DNA of 64,000 bases from Anaeramoeba ignava BMAN (Eukaryota; Protista; Anaeramoebae), in assembly GCA_028826165.1 (NCBI GenBank), contig JAPDFW010000076.1:248001-312000 (forward strand). The letters are read 5' to 3'. Shown in pieces: positions 53,319 to 64,000 of the stretch. The position numbers and the translations under genes are program-made. The notes below the pieces were generated by a model. The model had not been told where the DNA came from. It searched no databases and worked only from the letters and a program-made list of their open reading frames with translations. How positions within the stretch are numbered: position 1 is the stretch's first letter; every line of letters starts with the position of its first letter.

Positions 53319-56300
53319 ATGAAGATTAATTTTTACCAAATTTTTTTATTAATATTAATATTATTATTATTATATTTTCCAAAAAGAATAAATTGTCAAG
53401 AATGTGAAAATATTTTTTATAATTTTCCAAAAGAAATTGAATTAGCAAATCTTTATAACGTTTCTGAACTGAAAATTTATATTAAGGAATGGGGAAAAAT
53501 GATCACAAAATATGGAACTTCTCCTGATCCACATATTGTTGTTGGATTTCTTTTTGAATTTCTTCAAATTCATGAAGATGCTGCTTTTGAATTTTCTGTT
53601 TCAAGAAAACTTCTTCCTGATAATTTAACTATTTTAGAGGCTCTTTATAGAAATCTTCTTCATATTTGCAAGTTTGATGTTACTCAAAGTGTTTTTTTAA
53701 CATTTTCCAATTTACTTCATTTAAAAGTTTTTGAAGAAGAGGAAAAATTATATTCAAATTTAAATAATTCAAATCAAAATCAAAATAATTCAAATCAAAA
53801 TCAAAATCAAAATAATTTAAATCAAAATAATTTAAATCCAAATAATTTAAATCAAAATAATTTAAATCAAAATAATCAAAATAATTTAAATCAAAATAAT
53901 TTAAATCAAAATAATTTAAATCTAAATAATTCAAATCAAAATAATTTAAATCAAAATAATTTAAATCAAAATAATTTAAATCAAAATAATTTAAATCAAA
54001 ATAATTTAAATCCAAATAATTTAAATAAAAATAATTTAAATCCAAATAATTTAAATCAAAATAATTTAAATCAAAATAATTTAAATCCAAATAATTTAAA
54101 TCAAAATAATTTAAATCAAAATAATTTAAATCAAAATAATTCAAATCAAAATAATTTAATTGTTCTTCCATCATGGATTACTCGTTATAATCTTTCATTA
54201 GATTTGATTTATAAAATCCTCAATTTACATTCCCTAAAAATCCTTAATTCAATTCAAAATTTTTCAAAAAGTTATCATTCAAAAGATTTTCTTCATTTTA
54301 ATCCAAAATCTCGAATTAAAATTGGTTTAATTTTTGATCCTTCTCTTGAATCTTCGATTTTTAATCCAGATTTATTCATTTCAAATTTAAATTCTTCTTT
54401 TTTTGAATTTATTATTATTAATTTCTCTCCAAATCAAATTTATCAATCAAAAAAACAAAAATCACAAGAAATTCAATTTAGTTCTTTTTCTTGTTCTTCA
54501 TTTTTTCAAGTTTTAAGAAATTATTCATTTTCAATTTTAATAGATCTTGTTAGTTGGAAAGCAGAAATTCAAAAATCAATTGCAATTCAACAATTCCTTG
54601 CAATTGCTTCAATTTTAAATATCACTACAATTGATTATTCAGGTTATAGTTTTGGAATTTATCAAACAAAATACATTGTAATTTTGAACAATATTTATAA
54701 TATTTTTTTTGCTTATTCAAAAAATTTTTTTTCCTAATTCATCTTATTTTTAGGATTATTATCTTACTGATTCCTTTATAACTCCAAAAAAATATTTTCC
54801 AATTTATTCACAAAAAATTCATTTCCTTTCAAATTTTTATGTTTCAAATATTTTTCAATTCCAAAAAATACAAGGAATTGAACTTGGAAATTTTGATGAT
54901 TTTTTATTTAAAAAAATTAAATCTCAAACAAATTTTTGTTTTTTTGGAGATTCTTGGAAAATTGATTCACGAGTAATTCCCAAATTTTTTAATTCCACTT
55001 TTTTCTAATTCCACTTTTTTTTCTAATTCCACTTTTTTTTTAATTTAGGTTTTTCTTTCTTGGATTCATATTCTTCAAAAAACTGAATCAATTTTATTTA
55101 TTGAAATGTAATTAATAATAATTTAAAAAATATTAATTTATCTTTTTTTCATTTTATCTTTTTTAGTCCGGCAAATATTGGAGAAGATGAAATTGGAACT
55201 GTAAAAACAGAATTAAGAGAAAAAATTAAATTATATCCAGAAATTCAAAAAAATCGAATTCAATTTATTCGAAAATTTTCTGAAATAAAAGATGAATTAA
55301 ATTTTTTTAGGGAAAATTGTGATATTTTTCTTGATAGGTAAAGTATTTAATTCAATATTCATTATTCAATACTCAATTTAAATCAATATTCAATTAAAAT
55401 CAATATTCAATATAAATCAATATTTAATTTAAATCAATATTTAATTTAAATCAATATTTAATTTAAAATCAATATTTAATTTAAATCAATATTTAATTTA
55501 ATTCAATATTTAATTTAATTCAATATTTAATTCAAATCAATACTCAATTTAAATCAATATTTAATTTAATTCAATATTTAATTTAATTCAATATTTAATT
55601 CAAATTATTCAATATAAATCAATATTTAATTTAAATCAATATTTAATTTAAATCAATATTTAATTTAAATCAATATTTAATATTTAAATCAATATTTAAT
55701 ATTTAAATCAATATTTAATTTAAATCAATATTTAATTTAAATCAATATTTAATTTAAATCAATATTTAATATTTAAATCAATATTTAATTTAAATCAATA
55801 TTTAATTTAAATCAATATTTAATTTAAATCAATATTTAATATTTAAATCAATATTTAATATTTAAATCAATATTTAATATTTAAATCAATATTTAATATT
55901 TAAATCAATATTTAATTTAAATCAATATTTAATTTAAATCAATATTTAATTTAAAATCAGTATTTAATTTAAATCAATATTTAATTTAAATCAATATTTA
56001 ATTTAAATCAATATTTAATTTAATATTCAATATTTAATTTAAATCAATATTTAATTTAAATCAATATTTAATTTAAATCAATATTTAATTTAAATCAATA
56101 TTTAATTCAATATTCATTTTAAATATTTAATTTAAATCAATATTTAATATTTAAAATCAATATTTAATTTAAATCAATATTTAATTCAATATTTAATATT
56201 TAAATCAATATTTAATTCAATATTTAATTTAATTCAATATTTAAATCAATATTTAATATAAAACAATATTTAATTTAAATCAATATTTAATTTAAATCAA

Positions 56301-56974
56301 TATTTAATATTTAAATCAATATTTAATTTAATTCAATATTTAATTTAAATCAATATTTAATATAAATCAATATTTAATACAATATTTAATACAATATTTA
56401 ATTTAAATCAATATTTAATTTAAATCAATATTTAATTTAAATCAATATTCAATTTAATTCAATATTTAATTTAAATCAATATTTAATATTTAAATCAATA
56501 TTTAATTTAAATCAATATTTAATTTAATATTCAATATTTAATTTAAATCAATATTTAATTTAAATCAATATTTAATTTAAATCAATATTTAATTCAAATC
56601 AATATTTAATTTAAATTTAATTATTTGTTAGTTTTGTTTTTGGAAACCCTAAAATTGTTCAAGAAATTTTTTGGTTAGGAATTCCAATTATAACATTTCC
56701 TTCAAAAAACCCTTGGACAAGAGAAGTTTTTAGTATTATAAAATCTCAATATCCAGAATTTATAAAATATTTAGTTGCTGATTCTATTGAAGATTATGAA
56801 GAAAAAGCAGTTAAACTTTCTAAAAATAAAAAATTGATAAAATTAATTCAAAATGAAATTAAAGAAAATCAAATTAAAATAGATCTTGAAAATAGAGAAA
56901 TTTGGATTAAAGAAATTGAAGAATTTTTGAAAGGAATTGAACAAAAGAAAAAAAAGAAAAAAACAGAAAATTAG
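53319..56974 (+). CDS. Glycosyltransferase family 41 (OGT/SPINDLY-like) protein with N-terminal signal peptide and NNLNQ repeats (5 exons)
   Basis: Exons 53319-54677, 54754-54972, 55049-55107, 55167-55337, 56632-56974 are in frame. Motifs RIKIGLI, ILIDL, IDYYLTD..ITP....YSQKI, FCFFGDSWKID...FLSWIHIL, CDIFLDSF.FGN......FWLGIPIIT, LVADSIEDYEEKAVKL parallel the GT41 catalytic domain. Confidence 0.78.
53760..54157 (+). repeat. In-frame 15-bp repeat encoding (NNLNQ)n
   Basis: AATAATTTAAATCAA units inside exon 1. Confidence 0.9.
55340..56625 (+). repeat. Intronic ~18-bp repeat (ATTTAATTTAAATCAAT)n
   Basis: Directly visible. Confidence 0.9.
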
Positions 56975-57153
56975 GAAAAAAAAATATTTAAAAAAAGAGA
57001 ACGAAATATTTTCTTTTTCATTTTCTTTTTGATTTTCATTTTGTTTTAATCATTGAATTGCGTCACTCAATTAAATTTAAATTAAAATTAAATTTTTTTT
57101 TTTCATTTTTCATTTTTCATTTTTCATTTTTTTAAATTTTTCTTATAACAAAA

Positions 57154-58705
57154 ATGTCAACTGTTCCTTCACTTAATTTATCAGGAAAAAAAAAGAAATC
57201 TAGAAAACCGAAATCAAAAACAAATACAAATCAACCAAAAAAGACCACAAAGTCACCTACACAGGCAAATCCAGTAACTCCACCTCCAGATATTACACTT
57301 TCATTGCCTGCAAGAAAAAAGAAATCCTCAAAATCAAAAGGAAAATCTAAATCTGACTCAAATAAAACTCAAAAACAAAATTTAAATGGCAACAAAAATA
57401 ATGCAAAGAATCCTATAGAAAAAGATAAAGAAGTCGAAGCAGAACCTTCAATCTCTCCTGTCCCAAATGACCCTCCTGAAAACTTAAAAAAAATTCTTGA
57501 AAACCTTGAACAACTTAAAAGCGAGCCAGAATACACATACGATGATGTATTTTATTTTAATAATAATTTTAATAATAATTTTAATAATAAATTTAATAAT
57601 AAATTTAATAATAATTTTAATAATAAATTTAATAATAAATTTAATAATAATTTTAATAATAAATTTAATAATAATTTTAATAATAAATTTAATAATAATT
57701 TAATAATAAATTTAATAATAATTTTAATAATAAATTTAAAAATAATTTTAATAATAATTTTAATAATAAATTTAATAATAATTTTAATAATAAATTTAAT
57801 AATAAATTTAATAATAATTTTAATAATAATTTTAATAATAATTTTAATAATAATTTTAATAATAAATTTAATAATAAATTAAATAATAATTATAATAATA
57901 AATTTAATAATAATTTTAATAATAAATTTTAATAATAAATTTAATAATAAATTTAATAATAAATTTAATAATAATTTTAATAATAATTTTAATAAATAAT
58001 TTTAATAATAATTTTAATAATAATTTTAATAAATAATTTTAATAATAATTTTAATAATAAATTTTTTAGTTGTTATCTAGAATATTTAGTAAATTGAAAG
58101 AAAATCACCCTCGATTTTTGGGTGAATCAAGACAGTTTGTAATGCCACCTCCTGATGTAGGAAAGCTTGGTGGAAAGAAAGTTGTTCTTTTTAATGCACT
58201 TGAATTATGCAATGTAATTTTAAATTTTGAATTGAATTTTGAATTGAATTTTAAATTGAATTTTGAATTGAATTTTGAATTAAATTTTGAATTGAATTTT
58301 AAATTTTAATTACAGATTATGAGAAGACCACCAGAACATGTTTTATCATTTTTCTTTGCAGAACTTGGTACAACTGGTTCAATTGATGGAGATGGAAGAT
58401 TTATTATTAAAGGAAGATATCAAGCAAAACATATTGAATCAGTTCTTCGTTCATATATCAGTAAATAAAACAAATTTGAATTTTTATTTTGAAATAAGTT
58501 TCTTACTTTTTATTAATTTTTCTTTTTTGTTTTAGATCAATATGTTAGATGTAGTGTTTGTGGTCGATATCAAACTTCTCTTGTTCACAATAATAGACTT
58601 TATTTCATTAAATGTGATTCTTGTGAAGCTCAGAAAACTGTTGTTCAAATTAAATCAACACAACATGCACCAGCTGAAAAGAAAAAGAATTTAAAGAAGG
58701 TTTAA
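57154..58705 (+). CDS. EIF2S2: Translation initiation factor eIF2 beta subunit (4 exons)
   Basis: Exons 57154-57546, 58070-58213, 58316-58460, 58536-58705. K-rich N-terminus, [41 protein letters not shown], and zinc finger YVRCSVC...LYFIKCDSC. Confidence 0.93.
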
Positions 58706-58882
58706 ATTTTCAAATTTTTTTTTTTTTTGATTTTTTCTCATTCCACTTTTTTTTCTCATTCCACTTTTTGTTTTAATTCTTTTTTCTTTTTCTTTTTCTT
58801 TTTTTCTTTTCTTCAAATCATAATAAACTTTTTTTTTTAAAATTCATTTTTTAAAATTCATTTTTTTTCATTAATAATAATA

Positions 58883-59836
58883 ATGATGTTAATGATGAAA
58901 GGAATTCTTTTTAATTATAAAGAAGATTTAACAGGATTCATCAGTTTATCTAATCAAAATCAAGTTGAAAATAAAGTTGAAAATCAAATTAAAAATCAAG
59001 TTAAAAATAAAATTAAAAATCAAATTAAAAATCAAGTTGAAAATCAAATTAAAAATCAAGCAATTGTTTTTATTCATGGACTTACTGAAGGATTCTTATC
59101 AACTTCATATCTTGGGATACTTGAAAAAGAAGTAACAAGAATTGGATTTCATTTCGTTCAATTCTTAATGAGAAGTAGCTATAAATCAGCAGGACTTGAA
59201 ACATTAGAAACAGATTCTGAAGATATTGAAAATTTACTAAATTTTTTACAAAAGAAATTTAATTGTGAAAAATTTATTTTAATTGGTCATTCAACTGGTT
59301 GTCAAAATATAGTTCATTTCCTCAAAACAAAAAAACCAAGTTTTTCACTTGTTTCACATTGTATTCTTCAAGCACCTGTTAGTGATCGAGATTATATAAC
59401 TAAATTACCTGAATTTGATATGAATTCTTTAGTATTTGCTCAAAAATGTATTGAAAGGAACAAGAAAAAGGAAATTATTAATCAAAATATTTTTCAATCA
59501 CCTTTTTGTGCTGAGCGTTGGTTTTCTTTATGTTCTAAAGAAGGTGAAGATGATATGTTTTCAGAAGATCTTTCAAAAGAAGAACTTTCTGAAAAATTTT
59601 CTCAGATTTTACAAAATATTCTTCTTGTTTTCTCTTCTAATGATGAATATGTCCCAAATTTGGTTTCTTATCCCAATCTTGCTTCTAGAATATCTTCTTC
59701 TTTTATTAATGCTAAAAGTGTTACTTTAAAATTAATTGAAGGAGCTCCTCATAATCTTAAATTACATGAAGAGGAATTTGTTAATTTTGTTATTGAATGG
59801 ATTTTAAAGCTTGAATCTAAATCAAATTTAATTTAA
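58883..59836 (+). CDS. Alpha/beta hydrolase, DUF1749/UPF0613 family (intronless)
   Basis: VFIHGLTEG, LIGHSTGCQN, ILQAPVSDRDY, EDDMFSEDL, DEYVP, IEGAPH. The exact start Met is uncertain. Confidence 0.88.
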   Translation: MMLMMKGILFNYKEDLTGFISLSNQNQVENKVENQIKNQVKNKIKNQIKNQVENQIKNQAIVFIHGLTEGFLSTSYLGILEKEVTRIGFHFVQFLMRSSYKSAGLETLETDSEDIENLLNFLQKKFNCEKFILIGHSTGCQNIVHFLKTKKPSFSLVSHCILQAPVSDRDYITKLPEFDMNSLVFAQKCIERNKKKEIINQNIFQSPFCAERWFSLCSKEGEDDMFSEDLSKEELSEKFSQILQNILLVFSSNDEYVPNLVSYPNLASRISSSFINAKSVTLKLIEGAPHNLKLHEEEFVNFVIEWILKLESKSNLI

Positions 59837-59839
59837 AAC

Positions 59840-61170
59840 TTAATTTAAATTTGAATTAAAATAATTGATTTAAATAATTGATTTAAATAATTGATTTAAA
59901 TAATTACTTTAAATTTGATTTAAATAATTGATTTAAATTTGAATTGATTTAAATAATTGATTTAAAATTGAATTAAATAATTGATTTAAATAATTGATTT
60001 AAATAATTGAATTAATTTTGAATTAAAATTAAATTTGAATTGAATTAAATAATTGAATTAAAATAATTGAATTAAAATAATTGATTTGAATTTGAATTAA
60101 ATAATTGATTTAAATAATTGATTTAAATAATTGATTTAAATAATTGATTTAAATAATTGATTTTAAATAATTGATTTTAAATAATTGAATTAATTAATTA
60201 ATTTAAATAATTGAATTAAATAATTGAATTAAATAATTGATTTAAATAATTGAATTAAATAATTGATTTAAATAATTGATTTAAAGAATTGATTTAAATA
60301 ATTGATTTAAATAATTGATTTAAATAATTGAATTAAATAATTGATTTAAATAATTGAATTAAATAATTGAATTGAATTAAATAATTGATTTTAAATAATT
60401 GAATTAAAATAATTGATTTAAATAATTGATTTAAATAATTGAATTAAAATTTGAATTAAAATAATTAATTAAAATAATTGATTTAAATAATTGAATTAAA
60501 TAATTGATTTTAAATAATTGAATTAAATTTGAATTAAAATAATTAATTAAAAATAATTGATTTATATAATTGATTTAAATAATTGATTTAAATAATTGAT
60601 TTAAATAATTGATTTAAATAATTGATTTAAATAATTGATTTAAATAATTGATTTAAAGAATTGATTTATATAATTGAATTAAATAATTGAATTAAATAAT
60701 TGAATTAAAATAATTGATTTAAATAATTGATTTTAAATAATTGATTTAAAAATTGATTTGATTTTAAATAATTGAATTAAATAATTGATTTAAAAATAAT
60801 TGAATTAAATAATTGATTTAAATAATTGAATTAAATAATTGAATTAAATTTGAATTAAAATTTGAATTAAAATAATTGAATTAAATAATTGAATTAAAAT
60901 AATTGAATTAAATAATTGAATTAAAGAATTGATTTAAATAATTGAATTGATTTAAATTTGAATTGAATTAAAATAATTGAATTTAAATAATTGATTTAAA
61001 TAATTGAATTTAAATAATTGATTTAAATAATTGAATTAAATAATTGATTTAAATAATTGATTTAAAAATTGATTTGATTTAAATAATTGAATCGAATAAT
61101 TGATTTAAATAATTGATTTAAATATTTGAATTGATTTAAAATTGAATTGATTTAAATTTGATTTGATTTT
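59840..61170. repeat. Intergenic 13-bp repeat (ATTGATTTAAATA)n
   Basis: Directly visible. Confidence 0.9.
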
Positions 61171-61292
61171 CTTATTTTCTCTGTTTTTAAAAAATTTTTT
61201 AATTAAATTTTAATTGATCTGATCAATAATTTTTTTTCATTTTTTTTTTCATTTTTTTTTTTCAATTTTTTTTCTCTTCTTACTTATTTTTA

Positions 61293-61576
61293 ATGGGAAA
61301 TAACCCAACAAAAAAACAATTAGAAAAACTTTGTAAACCAACAGGACTTTATCCAAATATTAAATGGGATCCGCACATAGTCAAAAAGCTTGTTACTAAA
61401 TCACTTATTTCACCTTTGTATCCTCCACAAACAGAAAAAAAAGATATTAACCATGAAGAATGTCCCATTTGTTTTTATTTGTATCCAACTATTAATTACA
61501 CAAGTTGTTGTAATCATAAAATTTGTAGTGAATGCTTTCTTCAAATTACTCCATCAAAACCAACTGCAGAAAATCT
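61293..61576 (+). CDS. Sip5/GW2/DA2-type RING protein, exon 1 (rest outside window)
   Basis: MGN start (possible myristoylation), PTGLY...WD..IVKKLV...[38 protein letters not shown]; donor GTAAGA at 61577. Confidence 0.85.
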
Positions 61577-61579
61577 GTA

Positions 61580-64000
61580 AGAAATAAATTATTTATAATT
61601 AAATTATTTATAAATAAATTATTTAGAATTAAATTATTTATAATTAAATTATTTATAATTAAATTGTTTAGAATTAAATTATTTAGAATTAAAATATTTA
61701 TAATTAAATTATTTATAATTAAAATGTTTAGAATTGAATTATTTATAATTAAATTATTTATAATTAAATTATTTATAATTAAATTATTTATAATTAAATT
61801 ATTTATAATTAAATTATTTATAATTAAATTGTTTAGAATTAAAATATTTAGAATTAAATTATTTAGAATTAAATTGTTTATAATTAAATTATTTTGAATT
61901 AAATTATTTATAATTAAATTATTTAGAAATAAATTATTTTATAATTAAATTATTTATAATTAAATTGTTTTAGAATTAAATTATTTATAATTAAATTATT
62001 TATAATTAAAATATTTATAATTAAAATTATTTATAATTAAAATTATTTAGAATTAAATTATTTATAATTAAATTATTTATAATTAAATTATTTTTATAAT
62101 TAAAATATTTATAATTAAAATATTTATAATTAAAATATTTAGAATTAAAATATTTATAATTAAAAATATTTATAATTAAATTATTTATAATTAAAAATGT
62201 TTAGAATTGAATTATTTATAATTAAATTATTTATAATTAAATTATTTATAATTAAAATATTTTATAATTAAATTATTTATAATTAAATTATTTTGAATTA
62301 AATTATTTTATAATTAAATTATTTATTTAAATTTAAATTATTATTTAGAATTAAATTATTTAGAATTAAATTATTTAGGGGAATTAAATTATTTATAATT
62401 AAATTATTTAGAATTAAATTATTTAGAATTAAATTATTTTATAATTAAATTATTTAGAATTAAAATTATTTATAATTAATTAAATTATTTATAATTAAAT
62501 TATTTATAATTAAATTATTTATAATTAAATTATTTATAATTAAAATATTTATAATTAAATTGTTTAGAAATTAAATTATTTAGAATTAAATTATTTATAA
62601 TTAAATTATTTATAATTAAATTATTTAGAATTAAATTATTTATAATTAAATTGTTTAGAATTAAATTATTTATAATTAAAATATTTATAATTAAATTATT
62701 TAGAATTAAAATATTTATAATTAAATTTATTTATAATTAAATTATTTATAATTAAATTATTTTGAATTAAATTATTTATATTTAAAATGTTTAGAATTAA
62801 AATATTTATAATTAAATTATTTATAATTAAATTATTTATAATTAAATTATTTTAGAATTAAATTATTTAGAATTAAATTATTTATAATTAAAAATATTTA
62901 TAATTAAAATATTTATATTTAAAATGTTTAGAATTAAATTATTTATAATTAAAATATTTAGAATTAAATTATTTTGAATTAAATTATTTATATTTAAAAT
63001 ATTTATAATTAAATTATTTTGAATTAAATTATTTAGAATTAAAATGTTTATAATTAAAATGTTTTAGAATTAAATTATTTATAATTAAATTATTTATAAA
63101 TAAATTATTTATAATTAAATTATTTATAAATAAATTATTTATAAATAAATTATTTATAATTATATTATTTATAATTAAAATGTTTATAATTAAATTATTT
63201 TGAATTAAAAATATTTTATAACTAAATTATTTATAATTAAATTATTTATAATTAAAATATTTATAATTAAATTATTTATAATTAAATTATTTTGAATTAA
63301 ATTATTTATAATTAAAATGTTTATAATTAAATTATTTAGAATTAAAATATTTATAATTAAATTATTTATAATTAAATTATTTATAATTAAATTATTTATA
63401 ATTAAATTATTTATAATTAAATTATTTTTAATTAAATTATTCTTGAATTAAAATATTTATAATTAAATTATTTAGAATTAAATTATTTATAATTAAATTA
63501 TTTAGAATTAAAATATTTATAATTAAATTATTTATAATTAAAATGTTTATAATTAAATTATTTAGAATTAAATTATTTATAATTAAATTATTTATAATTA
63601 AAATGTTTATAATTAAATTATTTATAATTAAATTATTTATAATTAAATTATTTAGAATTAAAATATTTATAATTAAATTATTTATAATTAAAATGTTTAG
63701 AATTAAATTATTTATAATTAAATTATTTTGAATTAAATTATTTATAATTAAATTATTTTGAATTAAATTATTTATAATTAAATTATTTATAATTAAAATG
63801 TTTATAATTAAATTATTTTGAATTAAAAATATTTATAACTAAATTATTTATAATTAAAATGTTTAGAATTAAATTATTTATAATTAAATTATTTTGAATT
63901 AAATTATTTATAATTAAATTATTTTGAATTAAATTATTTATAATTAAAATGTTTATAATTAAATTATTTTGAATTAAAATATTTATAACTAAATTATTTA
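61580..64000 (+). repeat. Intronic 15-bp repeat (AATTAAATTATTTAT / AATTAAATTATTTAG)n
   Basis: Directly visible to window end. Confidence 0.9.

Noticed and set aside
53680-54174. Minus-strand (DLNYF)n ORF
   Set aside because: Antisense reading of the NNLNQ coding repeat.

Overview
Extremely AT-rich, intron-rich eukaryotic (protist-like) DNA. The style resembles an anaerobic metamonad/amoeba such as Anaeramoeba, but that is inference only. Most ORF-track entries are microsatellite artefacts, so the real genes were rebuilt by hand from GT-AG exon phases. Host genes: V-ATPase subunit F, a Furry/Tao3-like giant with a C-terminal RGS domain, SERP1/RAMP4, a double RasGEF, Vps11, RGS-DUF547, a signal-peptide GT41 (OGT/SPY-like) protein, eIF2-beta, a DUF1749 hydrolase, a Sip5/GW2-type RING protein, and an intronless bacterial-type peptidase T. 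The stand-out feature is a ~9-10 kb cassette present twice in inverted orientation (~1140-11000 on +, ~28000-37730 on -). It consists of a ~143-bp satellite, a BTB/BACK-coiled-coil exon, an array of 10-11 near-identical phase-1 exons each encoding one Armadillo repeat, a capping exon and an (ATCA)n tract. The ARM exons are almost invariant except at codons on the ligand-binding face of helix 3. Of 21 exons, 20 are distinct and none is shared between the two copies. The second copy interrupts a host minisatellite. This looks like a mobile, combinatorially diversified ARM-repeat receptor or Cullin3 adaptor system.
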